A stretch of DNA of 63,068 nucleotides, filler included, from Rhabdomonas costata (GCA_019059605.1; 42 parts of 42 records of this genome joined end to end with filler, not necessarily neighbours in it); one strand, 5' to 3'. Positions 37,515 through 51,033 are shown, counted from the whole stretch's first letter. Notes: generated by a model not told the origin, from the sequence alone. Program-made: numbers and translations.

Positions 37515-38595
37515 CCCAACNNNNNNNNNNNNNNNNNNNNNNNNNNNNNNNNNNNNNNNNNNNNTTAATTAATTAANNNNNNNNNNNNNNNNNNNNNNNN
37601 NNNNNNNNNNNNNNNNNNNNGGTGTTGGGTTAGGCTGTAGTCACAACAGCTCCTTCCTCCCTCCGCTTCCTGCCCAAAGCCAATATAGAAATGAAACGTG
37701 GTAGATTACGCCGTGAATTCAGAACCCGCGCTTTTCAGCTCTGGCCACGCCGGAGCGAATGATAAAAAACGCGTGTCATGTCGAAGCCCTCCGGCATCTT
37801 GGTGCGTTCCCAGGACTTCAGTTAGAAACTTGTAGCAAATAAAACAGCTGAAGTTTTGGAGGTGTAACTTGTTTTATTCGGTTAGGGCAACATCCTTGTG
37901 CTGGATTCAGGGGGAAAGTCTGTCCTTAAAGGGGTCTGATCGCCGCCTCCCTTTTAGGTGCGGCAAGACAATGGGCTCGTGTTCGTTGATGCGTGAGGGA
38001 GGAAGGAGCTGTTGTGACCTCAGCCTAACCCAGCTCCCTTGTCAGACAGTCACTGAACACTCACGAGGTCCTGTTCCACAGAAACCTGAATCTTGGAGAT
38101 CTCTGGCAAAAAACTATGTCAAGTAAAGCCACGTCGTACTTTCTTGAATACACACACACTTTCTTGGGCACAAGCACGCACAGGAAACAGAGCTGGATGA
38201 TGGCCGTCTTGACCGATAAAAAACTAAACATAGGTACACCCCGACATCCAGAATTTACGCCGCTGTGCTTGGGTAGCGCCATGAACGCTAAAGGTTGCAA
38301 GCTCTATTATTTACTAACCGCGTAGCCTGCTATCGTTTAGGCAAAAGACCAATAAAATGGCAATAGATGTGCTGGACCCAGAGGGGACTCATGAGCTCAA
38401 GCCAGAATTAGAAGGCTGAAGGGGTGGGTTTTTACTTTTTATTTACTGCACGTGGTCACGTGGCTGACTGAACGAGAATGAGAAAGAATGATATCAAAAT
38501 AATGTGACGCAGTGTTGAGCACAAGCTTCCCACTTTAGACCAATCAGAAAGGCATTGCCAAGAGCATCACAAAACTCAAACCAGGCGTCAAGAAG

Positions 38596-38898
38596 TCAAA
38601 ACCCAGATCGTTTCTCCCATGCGAGAGTGGAGCGAAGTTTGCTTTTCGGGGCCCGCCCCGTTCCTTTGGGTTTCTGCTGCACTGGCGCCGACTGCGGAAT
38701 CTGCGGCTGCTTGCGAGCGGCAATGATGGCCTCCCGCTTCAGTGCACCCTTTGATTTCTGAGGCAGCCCCCGAGGCCGCTCTGGTGCTCCTTCGTCTGGA
38801 TCCTCTGTGGGTAACACTTTTGGTCCCCGGCTAGCGCGCTGGAATGCCGGAGTTGGTCCTTGATAGGTCCACCTGATTTGCGCCATTTGCGCCAGATC
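38596..38898 (-). CDS. Basic hypothetical protein, terminal exon
   Basis: ttttttag acceptor and a 303-nt open frame DLAQMAQIRWTYQGP...STLAWEKRSGF-stop. Confidence 0.45.
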   Translation of the reverse strand, partial: DLAQMAQIRWTYQGPTPAFQRASRGPKVLPTEDPDEGAPERPRGLPQKSKGALKREAIIAARKQPQIPQSAPVQQKPKGTGRAPKSKLRSTLAWEKRSGF

Positions 38899-39740
38899 CT
38901 AAAAAATCTCCTAATATAAAACGGGAGAAAAGTGAACGAATGCGCTGCTCAGAAGAACAAACGGAAAGTTGCAGTAGCAAGAACCATGTTCAGAGAATCC
39001 AAAGGCGTTAGAATAAACCAANNNNNNNNNNNNNNNNNNNNNNNNNNNNNNNNNNNNNNNNNNNNTTAATTAATTAANNNNNNNNNNNNNNNNNNNNNNN
39101 NNNNNNNNNNNNNNNNNNNNNGGTTGGGTGTGCTGCATCTGCTCCCCCTGCAAACCAGCATCCCCCACCACTCACAACTGGTACCAAAATGACCAGTTGC
39201 AGTGCCAAAGGCACTGAAAGTAACAGCAATTGGTAGCAAGGGGAACAGAGAAAGCACTGCTGTCCTTCACCCACAGGAACACACACGGAAGGAATCCAGC
39301 ACATAAAAGAAGACGCTGACAAAAGGATGACAAAAGGAAGTCCAGTCCACTGCACCAGCGTCCAAGCCGAGCGCGTCACAAGGAAGCGATTTCTTGGGTG
39401 GCCCCTGATCCATCGTACAGCCATTGGAAGATTCGAAGGGGAGCTCCAAATAAGACAAGAGATTCACAGGCATTCACAGGCGCCCGAAACGAGGACCTCG
39501 ACACACCTTCAATGCGGTTTGAACACCCGGTGTGCTGGCTTCTGCTTCAAGAAAACATGTGCACCAACAACATGTGCACCTTCGGCTGTCTGCTGTGGCA
39601 CGTCAGCGATTGAATGAGCAAACCCAGTTGAAATTCCCAACGATAACATTTGCGACCATAAAATCAACGACCATCTGGAGCCGCTTTTGGGAAAACTGAG
39701 CCGACGAGCCAACCAGTGTGGCAACACTGGAAAAGCCTAC

Positions 39741-39895
39741 CTTGCTCAGGTCGACCTCGACGAGGTGGTGGTTCACGTTGCCCTCGAGCAGCAGCATCTG
39801 CACCGCACTGCACGTCAGAGACGCGGTGTTGGTGTACAGCCGCACGCTGGCCGGGGCTCCTCCCGCACCTGCGGCCGCCGAGGGGCTGCCCCCAT
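39741..39895 (-). CDS. Glutathione S-transferase N-terminal-like domain exon
   Basis: VRLYTNTASLTCSAVQMLLLEGNVNHHLVEVDLSK followed by a GTAGGC donor. Confidence 0.65.
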
Positions 39896-40761
39896 CTGTG
39901 TGGACCCAAGAGATGCACATGCAATACTTGCTCCGAGGTAACGAGGGCATTCTTTTCATTGGGTCGACTTCTGTGCAGGTTCGTAGGAAACCTCACTGCT
40001 GCAACCAGCCTCGTTGCGCTCGTCCATCACTACTCATCACGATTACATCACGATTCGCTGCATAACTTGGCTGCTTTTTCTGCCTGGGATCCTCAGACCT
40101 TCGGCTTCTAGCCAGGGCACAATTTCTGGCACTACCTGTATTGTATTTTGGGGACAGGAAACTGTTGGATTGTTGTATTCTCAAAAGATAGCGAATAATT
40201 TCAAAACTTTCTGGCACTCCTTTCCCGAAGGCTCTTTTTGATCCTAAGGCACAGTCCCCCTAAAATTCCTTCTTGCACCATGACCTTCTGTTGTACGCTT
40301 GTGAAGTCTGCAAAGTCCCCAAAGTCAAAGACCTAAATGACCAAAATAACAAAATTTATGCAAAAAAAAAAGCCCATTATAGGCAAAACATACGCAAAAT
40401 CAGGCAAATTCTACGAGACATTCACCCACGAGAGGAAGAGGGGACAAAGACGCAGAATTATTTGCCGTAGGATGGTTTTTATTTTGAGTTTTGTCATGTT
40501 TTGAATACCAGGACTCCACACAANNNNNNNNNNNNNNNNNNNNNNNNNNNNNNNNNNNNNNNNNNNNTTAATTAATTAANNNNNNNNNNNNNNNNNNNNN
40601 NNNNNNNNNNNNNNNNNNNNNNNTGTGTGGGGGTGTTTGGTGTGGGGGTAAATAAAGTCCCTGCCGTTGCCTAGCTTGTCAGCATTTTCAAATCTTACAA
40701 CCGCGTAACCACAAGGCAGCAGAGCGTGGTGTGGGAAGCAGAGCTTCCCATGAGGGTGGAC

Positions 40762-41321
40762 CTCGCGCAGGAACCGCCCAGGGCTGCTCGGCGATGACAT
40801 AGCGGGTTTGTCTTTGGGCACCCCCAGAGGAGGGACCAGCCTCGCGAAGTCGCTCGAGAAAATCTTCGGGTTCATACTCCTTCGCCCCCCAACCCCCCGA
40901 GCAAGGGTAGAAAAGTGGGGTGAAAACTGTAGGTATGAAAAGGCCAGGTGAAAAAGGTAATCAGCCAAACGGAGCAACATGTCAACAACTAAAGCTCCAC
41001 TTTTACTCACAACTATCATAATTACATCTCTTTAGTTACATATTTGACTATTCACTAGTGTGCAACGGCAGGGCTCATCGAGAGAACTTGAATGGTGATG
41101 ACCCCCCACCGATGGTGCACAACTTTGCCGTGTAAAATCGGAAACAAAAGAGGGTCGTGAGGAAGATGCAAAGCCAAAAGAAGGAACATCAAACCTCTTC
41201 CTTAAAAATGACGGCCGAGGATGTGGCGACGGGGTTAGGGCAGCTCAGGGCGCAGAATTCTCGCCAAGTGATGTAGTTCATCAGCCGCACCACGCCATCC
41301 ACACCACCAATAGCCAGCAAC
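40762..41321 (-). CDS. WRAP73: WRAP73/WDR8 WD40 basal-body protein; exons 41321-41195, 40879-40762
   Basis: LLAIGGVDGVVRLMNYITWREF...AVIFKEE|...TRYVIAEQPWAVP resembles LAIGSxDxxVRxLNHxTW...VVYKE...YxI. Confidence 0.72.
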
Positions 41322-42725
41322 CTGACAGAGACATGGTCAGATGTTGTGCCCCTGTCCTTGGGGTGGAGCACTTCAATATGCCGTCACCTCGTGTGCTGGC
41401 ATTTGTACACAGAAAGGTCGTTAGGTCCGCATCTTTACCGAGGTTCTCTCGCTCGTTGACCGATTTCGTTCATCTATCGATTCGAGAAATAAATTCACGG
41501 CGGGAGTTCGAAGCTGCCCTGATGCCCTGAGCAATCAAGGTACCTCCAGCAAATGAAGGCCACGTACGTACTTTTCCTTTGTGCAGTTTTGCTTGAGTCT
41601 CGCTCAAGTAAAAATTAGGATAAGATTCCCGCAGCGAAACAAAAAGCTGAAGATGCCCCCCCTCCCTAATTCAATAGTTTGAATTTTAGGAACTGAACTG
41701 AGAAATACGCACAAGAACTGTACACAGTGCCTGCGTAGTTTGCTTCATCATATGCACTGGTTTGCCGTTCTTGGTTTCCTCTTACCTGTAATAAAACTTG
41801 ATGTTGCAACTTCGGACAATGGCACACCGCAGGCATGCACTTGTACCATTGTCAATACGCATTAGGTGCATTGAATAAGATCACCTTGGAATTCATCGAA
41901 ACCAAAGAGTAGCACCAGGGGCAAACGCTTTTCGTGTAAAGGCATTCTTGGATCATTGAAAGCTGCTAGAGTGCGCGGTCATTAGGATCAAAAACTTTCG
42001 GACCTGCTGTCGCGGCTCCACTCCGNNNNNNNNNNNNNNNNNNNNNNNNNNNNNNNNNNNNNNNNNNNNTTAATTAATTAANNNNNNNNNNNNNNNNNNN
42101 NNNNNNNNNNNNNNNNNNNNNNNNNTGTGTGTGGGTACTCCTCGAGTCACGCAAAAAGAAAATTTCATGTTGGTTGTCAGCGTGTCCACAGCTTATTTAC
42201 TTGTACATTGAATTCGTTGTCCTTTTTGCCATTGTGCGGTCTTTGGGGAGTACCCATCTATCTTCCTGTGCCGATCACCGGACCTGGAAACCCCCGTGGG
42301 GCTGGAGCCGAATGGACTCCACCGCAAAAGCAACTTGAGCGAGACTGGCCCGTGAACGGGACCATTGGTGGCATATTAGTACTGTTGAGTTAAGTTTACC
42401 GTGAGCTTTCCCAGTCTCTGGCTGCATCTGTTTGCCTCCAGTGCGCTGGGGAAAGAATTGGTCCACTTTAAAAAGAATGAGCCGCTAAGGGGCACGGTTG
42501 GGTGAAAGGACCGTTCACACGGCGTTTCGGGAGGTCCACTTTGCATTAAAAACAACCCGCGCTCTGATTCGGCTTTGCCCTCATCAGCTTCTGGTTTCTT
42601 TACGCCATCTATGGCATCTTGAAGGGTTGAATTCGGGGCCTTTTAAGGGCTTTTCAACTTTCGCCGCATTTCCAAAGTTCTGGGCTCCTCTGCTCTTTGA
42701 GTGTGCTTGTCCTGCCACCGCCCAG

Positions 42726-43351
42726 GGCCACGGAGACTGTGGTGTGGGGTCAGAAGAACGCCAAGCCGCCGGTCAACGGGAAGCAGCAATCCACTGGAGG
42801 AATCCGCAAGTGCAATGCCCCGCAGGTCGAGGCTTGGACGCGGCGGCGGCGGGAAGTGTGGCAGTTCTAAATCTGACCCACCGTGTGTGGGAGGTTCCAT
42901 CTGGAAGGCCATTTGTGTTTCTCTATTTTCTCTTTTGTCGCATTGTGTTTCAGTGCATGCCTGGAAGAACCACCGCCGCCCCAACCCCCATTTCCGTCCA
43001 TGTTCTTTCTTTTGCCCATTTTCTTTTTCCATACTTCCATTTCCTTGCTAGAGCAAATCATCTGGTGCCCCCTGCCCGATGAGCCAATGTGTTTTGTGAG
43101 CCTCCCCTTGCTTTCTCTGTCCGCTTCCACTGCGATCCGTTGCTGCCGTTGCTGCTCCTGCACCTGCACTGCTGCTGAAGGGGTATCCCCCTTTTGCCTT
43201 CTTCGGTACCTCTTTTCCCCCAGCCCTCCATTCCCTCGGAAGTTACGATTTTCGAATTCCGACCGTACATGCATGCTCATCCCCCTCTCAATCACCGGAG
43301 CTACCTGGGGCTCTTCCTCGACGTGTCCACTTCTACAGCGCCTCTACTTCC
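42726..43351 (+). CDS. Hypothetical protein; exons 42726-42855 and possibly 43301-43351
   Basis: AG/GT-bounded GC3-rich frame ATETVVWGQKNAKPPVNGKQQSTGGIRKCNAPQVEAWTRRRRE. No family recognised. Confidence 0.4.
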
Positions 43352-43635
43352 GTACAGAGTGGTCCATGCGTGTGTGGCCGCACAAGATCCTTCAGACATG
43401 ACGTTGGCGTCGTTTAGATGAACGTGAGGAGTCTGATCAAAGCAGTAGGAAGAGTTGCTGCGGAAATGTCCCCAGACCTAGAACCCACTGCCCCTCTGAA
43501 GTATGCTGAAACCTGCAAAAACCACCCNNNNNNNNNNNNNNNNNNNNNNNNNNNNNNNNNNNNNNNNNNNNTTAATTAATTAANNNNNNNNNNNNNNNNN
43601 NNNNNNNNNNNNNNNNNNNNNNNNNNNGGTGTTTG

Positions 43636-43789
43636 GTGACACGATGAGAACGATGAGAACACGCTGTTGGGAAATGATCTTCCCCTTTTAAAGAAAAGAA
43701 CGTTTTGTGAGAACCCGCAAAACGTTCTTTTCTTTAAAAGGGGAAGATCATTTCCCAACAGCGTGTTCTCATCGTTCTCATCGTGTCAC
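43636..43789. repeat. Terminal inverted repeat (43636-43707 / 43718-43789)
   Basis: 72-bp perfect arms and a 10-bp loop at the contig start. Confidence 0.93.
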
Positions 43790-43969
43790 AAAACATACCA
43801 GGGCACAACACAGACCGAGGGCAGCAACATCTGTGCTCAGGAAACAACACGAACAACTTCAAAACTAAACCACACCAATCACGCCCTCGGAACATGTCAC
43901 TGTATATCCGGCGGGGCGGATGGGAGTACAGAATTGAGGGTAGAGGGTGCGTTTCGGAGTGAGTGGTGC

Positions 43970-44875
43970 CTGCGCTGAAGCTGTGCGAGCTTTGCGGAGG
44001 CCCTCTGCACTCTCTGATGGGCCTGCTGCTCCACGGCCGTGGCATGCTCCATGGCCTCGGTCATGGCCCAGTCCGTCTTCTGCGCCTAAGTGCACAGCAG
44101 CAGTGGAGTGGAGGCATGTGGTGACTGAAGCAGGGTCTTGCACCTGACTATGAGAGTGTACAGAAGAAACAGCGATGCAAAAAGTGCCGCGTCGATAACA
44201 AAACAAAAAGAAGTTCCGATGGTGGTCTGTGGGACGCTAAATTCTTCATTTCATCGCTTAATTGTTGCTCCAACCCTGTGAATTATTGTATACAAAAGGT
44301 GTCCCGGCTTTCCCCCCGGATCCGTTGTTCCCGGCAGTTTTCGGTCTTTCCCCCGCCCCCGCCAACGCCTAAGACGACACACATCACACCGACCCATAAT
44401 ACATAACTGCATAGAAAACCACATCCTGCTTTCCGATTTTCTCGAGTCTTACTTCTCTTATTTGTCGTGGGCAGTGGTTAGTTAATAGCTCAGTTGCTGT
44501 ACCTTTAGTGCACCTTTCTGCTCGCAAAAAACCTCCTTTCAAGGCGGCGCAACATTTTTATCGAAACGGAAGAGCACATTTTGCACTCTCCTTTGCGTTT
44601 TTATTTCTAGTTGCAACAGCAGCCGGTCTTGGGGGGCAGTAAGGGGCACAGAGGATCAGGGAGAATTTCAGGGGAAATTTTCTGTAGCGTCCACGAGTGG
44701 ACGGGAGGGATACGGCGGCCTTCTACAATGCACTTTTCTGGAAGATCTGGTCGCTTATCCATAGCCACGGAGCGCGGCTGTGATTGCGGTGGTCGTGGGG
44801 AGGCGGAGGGGTGCACCGATTCGCGAAGGAGCTGGATCAACTCCTGGTCGTCTCGCTTCTCTTGGCTGAGGCGCT
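43970..44875 (-). CDS. Coiled-coil hypothetical protein; exons 44875-44817, 44085-43970
   Basis: RLSQEKRDDQELIQLLRES|AQKTDWAMTEAMEHATAVEQQAHQRVQRASAKLAQLQR with a phase-0 join. The second exon ends at a probable GC donor. Confidence 0.6.
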
Positions 44876-45502
44876 CTGAACAAAATTCACATCACGCGCT
44901 AAAACGGGAAGCGGCTCACTCCCCCCCCCCGAGAATAAAGAAAAGACAGCACAGCGCAGACACCACACACGCAGGCGCAGGCAAAGAGCAACGTTCCAAG
45001 CAGTTCCCAAAACAAAACACAAAAACCNNNNNNNNNNNNNNNNNNNNNNNNNNNNNNNNNNNNNNNNNNNNTTAATTAATTAANNNNNNNNNNNNNNNNN
45101 NNNNNNNNNNNNNNNNNNNNNNNNNNNGGGTTTGTGTCTGTTGCATCTGTTGGGGTGCGCGACGGCGGATGCCAAGCAAAACGGCGCGAAAGGACGTAGC
45201 GGAAAGAGCTAGTGAGAGGTAAGGAGAAGGAGAAGGGAAGGTGTAGACATATTGAAAGGGTATCCCTAGCAGCACAGATTCCCGTGAATCTTGTCGGAAG
45301 ACTTCCGCACAGAAGCATTGCCTATGCAGCATATGCAACATCCATGGACGAGTCCAAGTTGCCAGGGTACCCCTGAAGGGAAATTACGTCTCTGCAACTG
45401 CTATCGCGGGATTTTCACATACGGCTCGAAGCTGACGGATCCTGAAAGAGAAACAAAACAGGCAGCGGCAGCCACAACCCCCCGTGATCCTGCATGTACA
45501 AC

Positions 45503-46062
45503 CTTTGCCGCCTGCACCTCGACCAAGAACTCCGTAACGAACGGCTGCTGCTCATCTGGAAGCCCAGAGGCCTCTGTGAAAACGGTCCACAAATTTCTCT
45601 CTCTTCACGACCGTTTTGCCACCCCCATGCATGCCTGCAGTGTATCCCTATGCATCGGGCAGCACGTACCAGGACATAATCTAACCATTATCAACACCAA
45701 ATTTGCGTCCCTAAGATGGCATTAACGCTGCTCAAGGTCAGGACATCTTTTGCTAGTGCACAGAACGGAATCTTCGGAACTTGAGCACTGATGGGTCAAT
45801 GGGTAGGAACGGGGGGGGGGCGATTCTGGCGTAGCGATATCCGAATGCATTCGAATTTACCAAGCCTCCCACGTCCTCCATTGTAGCGGACCAAACCGTT
45901 GTCAGGGGCCTCCACCTCCAGCAGGCGGGTGCGCAGCCCGCCCACGACGGCCTCCGCGAGGGTGGGGTCGGAGCACAGTTGCTCCAGGCACACACGGCTC
46001 GAGCTGCGCAGGAAGCAGCGGCCGCTGCTCTGCAGCAGCGTAGCCTGCCCATACCGAGTGGC
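45503..46062 (-). CDS. Hypothetical protein; exons 46062-45861, 45573-45503
   Basis: GC3-rich, GT-AG, phase-1 join: ...LAEAVVGGLRTRLLEVEAPDNGLVRYNGGRGRL|EASGLPDEQQPFVTEFLVEVQAAK. Confidence 0.6.
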
Positions 46063-46637
46063 CTGTTCCCACGAACGCCAGCACGCGTGCATGCATGCAG
46101 TTTAGACATACACGGACAGCGGTCACGAAAGAAGTTGCTTTCGTCGGTGAGACATCATTTTCTGCACCCCTTTGGGGTTGTGAGATCACCCCAAAAAATC
46201 GGTGGAATCCTTCTATTTTAAGGCAGCCCCCCGATTCCATTTGATTCAATCTGACTTGAGTTTCGAGTTTCAAACTTTGAACTTTGACCCATGTCTGACT
46301 CTACAGCTGGGTTTTTGACGACGCCCCGTCTGCATTGGCGGGGACATATTCTCTGCCTCGACTCCCTGAGGTTCATTTACCCTTTGTGCCTGTTGTTTGT
46401 GCCGGAATGTAACTACCGCGCAGCAATCACAGTTGGATAAATCGGGGCCTTCCAAAAACGCTTTAGCAGTTTCACATTACTAATGTTTCAAGCCCACTAG
46501 ACCTCAAGGCCTGGAAAAGGGATCCGCACNNNNNNNNNNNNNNNNNNNNNNNNNNNNNNNNNNNNNNNNNNNNTTAATTAATTAANNNNNNNNNNNNNNN
46601 NNNNNNNNNNNNNNNNNNNNNNNNNNNNNGTTGTGTT

Positions 46638-46801
46638 GTGAGTGCTGGTTGCCCCTCCTCCTTCCCCGATCTTCCTCCCACGCAATTTATTTTGGTGTTT
46701 GGTGGGAACACGAACGAGGCACCGAATCCAATCACACCAAACACCAAAATAAATTGCGTGGGAGGAAGATCAGGGAAGGAGGAGGGGCAACCACCACTCA
46801 C
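46638..46801. repeat. Terminal inverted repeat (46638-46704 / 46735-46801)
   Basis: 67-bp arms with two internal mismatches, at the contig start. Confidence 0.9.
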
Positions 46802-47010
46802 CTCACACAGAGGGAAGACGAGGCTGGGAACACACGAACCCGTGTCCGTGCCACCGTCCGGTCCCGGGCTAATTTATATTGAAAGAGAAGGGCAATTTCG
46901 TTTCGCTGTGTCGTCTAAATGAGTTGATTCGGGTTTTAGCGGTTGATCGGTGGTGGTGGCCATGCAGACCTGCTGCGTTTGGACGTCCTCTCCTTGATTT
47001 GGTTTCTCAG

Positions 47011-47797
47011 GAAGATTTGACGGACAGCCCACACAGGGTCGAGAAGAAGCTCAAGGCAGAGGATGTGCAGGTGCAATATATGTGTGTTTGTGTTCGAAAA
47101 TTCTGGGGCACTTGCGCACGCTCAAGCTCCTTCTTTTGGACTCGCTCCCTTTCCTGCTCAGATGCTCATCGACCTGCTGCAGAATGCCGAGGACCCTTGT
47201 GTCACTCCCGAAGCTGACACCGAGCTTGAAGAGATGCTTGAGCGCCACGTTTGTGCCCCCCCCTATCGTGTGCTCCCAACTTTCCCTTTGCTCTCCTCTC
47301 GTACCTCGGTCACCTCTGTCGTGACTCTGACAATGTGTCGCCTACTTTCCGAGATGGTGCCTATGATTGTACCGAGCTTGGTTGTCTTTTGATGTTGGAT
47401 CGACTTTTTTTGAATACACTCGGTTTGGTTCATTGTTATGAAGAACACTCACCCACTCCTAAGCGTTGCTGCATAATGCTGCAGGGTGTTCCCATGGATG
47501 GCAGCTCCCGAGGGGAGAGACGGACCAGCCTCAGCGGAGGGGCCACCGCCGCTGCCACGGCGGCCAAGATGTCCCCTATCACCTCCTCAATCTCTGCAGC
47601 GGTGGAGGCCCAGCTTGCCGCAATGGCGGCGATGCTGCAGCGGCAGCAGGAGGAGCTCAGCGCGCTGCAGGCCACCCTTAGCTCGGGCTTCGCGAAGGGC
47701 CGGGCTGAGCTCACCGAGAGGCTGCACCAGCAGGCCAGCAACCTCAGTTCTCAGCTGACGGCACTGGGGCTGCCGGTGTCCCTGGAGGAGGCCCTGG
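47011..47797 (+). CDS. Coiled-coil hypothetical protein; exons 47011-47070, 47162-47248, 47485-~47797
   Basis: Three phase-0 GT-AG-joined exons, including AAVEAQLAAMAAMLQRQQEELSALQATL. The last donor is uncertain. Confidence 0.62.
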
Positions 47798-49437
47798 GTC
47801 TGCGCCCCTGTGTGTCGAGCGGAGGGGAGCGGTGTGGGTGTGGGTGTATGGACTGGCATTGGGGACTGTACCCGGGGTGCAAAAGCCAAGGAAACGCCCT
47901 CTGGTTTTGTACCATGAGCAAACGCTCCAAGCAAGTTGTCCTTCCTACCGATCTGATGTTCAAGCGTGGCATAACAGGGGACCGGTCCCGATGGACCCGA
48001 TGTTTTGGCATTCTTTACTGGCCCGCTTTGGNNNNNNNNNNNNNNNNNNNNNNNNNNNNNNNNNNNNNNNNNNNNTTAATTAATTAANNNNNNNNNNNNN
48101 NNNNNNNNNNNNNNNNNNNNNNNNNNNNNNNTGTGTTGGTGTTTGGGTTTTTTTTTCCTCCTGAAGACGAGTGGTCGGATGCTGTCGGATGGTTATTGCA
48201 CAACCTCCAGTTTCCGGCACGGGAAAGAATCTTCTTATCTCACCTTGCCTTTGGTATGCGGTTGCAAGAGTTAAAAACAAAGCATCTTCGGAAGGTGTAA
48301 TCGGCATTGCTTACCTGCGCATGCCTCGTGGAAAATGTCATAAGGTGCTTTGGTTTGCACAGTACTTCCACGGGGATACCTTGCGCATGCTCCACCATCT
48401 CGGACTTCACCAACAACCTGATGCAGAGCAACACTGTTCCTGACGCCTCGTGGCTGACGGTACTTTTTGCACGAATGTTGTTTTGACTTTCTGTGTTGAA
48501 CCGTTTCCCGGCCCTACCTTTGAGGTCTCTTTTGATGGACCTGCCCGAAGCCATCTCCTCTTAAGCCGTCGCCCCTCGTGCAGCGGCGTGGGTTTCTAAG
48601 GGCTGACCGAGTGGCAGCAGCAGCGCTGGTGGTCTTCCCAGGTGGACCAACTCCGAGTGGCAGCATGGCGGCGACTGGCGCCTCCCCGCCGATCGCTCTT
48701 TAGCGGCGCACACTTCAGCGATTTTCTCTGGGTCATCCGGCTCGCCTCCGGGTGGGTATTCCTTTCCTGAAGCTCCCACCGAATGTCCCTGCTGTCACAA
48801 GACTCAGGATCCTTTCAGTGCCCACACGCTCTTTTGCACCAAGAGCGGAATTCACTTCCGCCAGATCCTCATTAGAGACTGTCTCCGCGGTGTCCTCTAG
48901 CTTTGCGGTAGTCATGTTCTCCTTGGGGAACCCAAGGAGTCGGCCGACAAGGAATACCGTGCCCACCTCGAGCTCGTTACCTCGGACCAAGCAAGTCCTG
49001 GACATCTCGGCTTCTCACTCCCTGCAACCCTCGCTCGCCAATGCGGAGCCTTCCCGTTAGCTGGCTAAGCGGGCAGCGTTGAAGGTCATGAGGTACGGTT
49101 CGGACTGCGTGGCCTCCGGGAAGAAGTTCACTCCCATTGTCGCCCTTATAACCAGCCAGTGGTCCTCCAGCACTTCCGCGCTTATCTATCGAGCGTCTCG
49201 TCGCCGGAGCGTGGCCTCCGGTTGGTAACAGGGGGACTGTGGGCCCGCTTAGGGTTGGCGCTGAAGTAAGGGTGCGGCCAGCAGCTGGTCCGCTGCTTCT
49301 CCCCAGGCCCGGCGGACTCCGCAGCTGAGCCAGGGGCTCGCCCTTTCGTGGTGGACAGTGACGAGTTTTTTCTCTGTTGGTAGGTGTACGTCAGTTTGCC
49401 CACTGTGGTTTGTATCTATTCCCTTCTTTTTGTTTTG

Positions 49438-49533
49438 GGTGTCACTCCCCCTGGCGGGTTCGATGTGCAGTCACCTTCCTGCTCGTTATGTTCTTGTTTG
49501 CACCCCCCTCCCCCCGCCAGGGGGAGTGACACC
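49438..49533. repeat. Terminal inverted repeat (49438-49458 / 49513-49533)
   Basis: 21-bp perfect arms ending at the contig end. Confidence 0.85.
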
Positions 49534-50079
49534 NNNNNNNNNNNNNNNNNNNNNNNNNNNNNNNNNNNNNNNNNNNNTTAATTAATTAANNNNNNNNNNN
49601 NNNNNNNNNNNNNNNNNNNNNNNNNNNNNNNNNTTCTGGCAGGCTGACGCGGTTGGCCGTGTTGTCGCCGGGTCTCTTCTCGCTCTGTCTTTCTCTGTTA
49701 GCTCGATCGCTCGTTTGCTCGCTCGTTGGGCAACAACCGATGATTGTTTCTTGCATTTTTTAGTCCGGGTCCAGCTGACATTCTAACCCACCTCACTGGC
49801 GGACAGAAATAATGTTCCAACTTTGTCCCTCAACACTCAGTGGCCAGCCAGTTTATTGGCTGCACTAGAATTCACAGCTTCCGGCCTGCGCCGGACCATT
49901 GGGCGCGGCTTACATTCCACCTCAAATTTCTCAAATCCTCTTTTTTTCGTTCCCTGACTACTGAAAACCCGTGGTTCTCCATAACTGCTGTTCCGTTGCT
50001 CAAAATCTGCAGCCTGTTTTCCCCTGAAAAAATGGAAAGAGTTGGGGGGCGGGCGGGGGTGTCAGGCTGGCGCTGGCAG

Positions 50080-51033
50080 CGGTGCTGATCTTGAATGCTG
50101 CGATGGTGGTGTACGTGCGGAGGACGCTCAACGCGGAGACCAGGCGGCTGCAGCTGGCTAACTCCAAGCAGCTGGCGGACAACATGCTTGCCTCCGAGAT
50201 TGCGAAGCGGATTGCGGCACGTTTCTTTGGATGGGCGGGTTATTCTTATTCCTTTTTTTCCGTGGTTCTTGTGTGAACGGGGTTTGGGAACTCCATTCCA
50301 TTTGTAGAGTCAATTGCATCCCGCCACCCTCGTGCTATTGCTGCTGTGTTGGGTCTTTCTACGGTAACATGGTTTAGATGGGAGATAAAGGAGTTTGGTT
50401 TTAACCCCACTTTGCTGCGCCCTGAGATCCAGCTGACTGGCTCTTTCACGGTTCGCTTACAGAGGAATGACCCTCCTCTTCCCAACAGGTGATGCGCCTG
50501 GATGACATTGACAAGCTGTTCGTCAACGAACGTAGCCCGCTGGTCGGGGTGCTGCAGGTCTTCACCCATCATCTCTCCGTTGACGACTGCACTCCCATTT
50601 CTGCTCTCCAGCATTCATGCCTGGCAGTGGCAGCCACACGAGTGGGTGCCTAAACCGTGCACCTCTCCCATGCGGATTTGCCAGTCCACCTAACTCAAGC
50701 CCAACCCCCGTTGGCTTCACGCAGGGAGCTGCAGTGTTTCCGCGGGACGCTGCAGCTCTGGGAAGCACGGCTTCAGGGGCGCATAAAAAGCAACCAGTGA
50801 AGTGAAGAGTTTGCAAAGGGTGTAGGGAATAGATCTGGGGACGTGTGCCGAAGCAGGCTCACTGGCTTCGGGGGCAAGAGGCCACGCCCTTTCTTCCGGC
50901 CCTCCTGAGGTCGTTTGCCTCCGAGCGCTTACTTTTTCCCTCGCTCAGGAGATCGTCGACAACCTGAAAATTTACCTGCCGTATCTCCCAGAGTCCCTGC
51001 TGGCGCTGGTCCGTGGGGAGGAAGCTGAAGGGG
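50080..51033 (+). CDS. Receptor-type nucleotide cyclase, TM and pre-catalytic helical region; exons 50080-50216, 50489-50557, 50949->51033
   Basis: VLILNAAMVVYVRR...ASEIAKRIA|VMRLDDIDKLFVNERSPLVGVLQ|EIVDNLKIYLPYLPESLL. IVxNLxxYxPYLPxSL precedes the cyclase domain in euglenozoan cyclases. The first intron must be GC-AG. Confidence 0.78.

Noticed and set aside
43576-43978. Near-identical N-termini on opposite strands (also at 46574-46922)
   Set aside because: They are produced by the terminal inverted repeats, not by duplicated genes.
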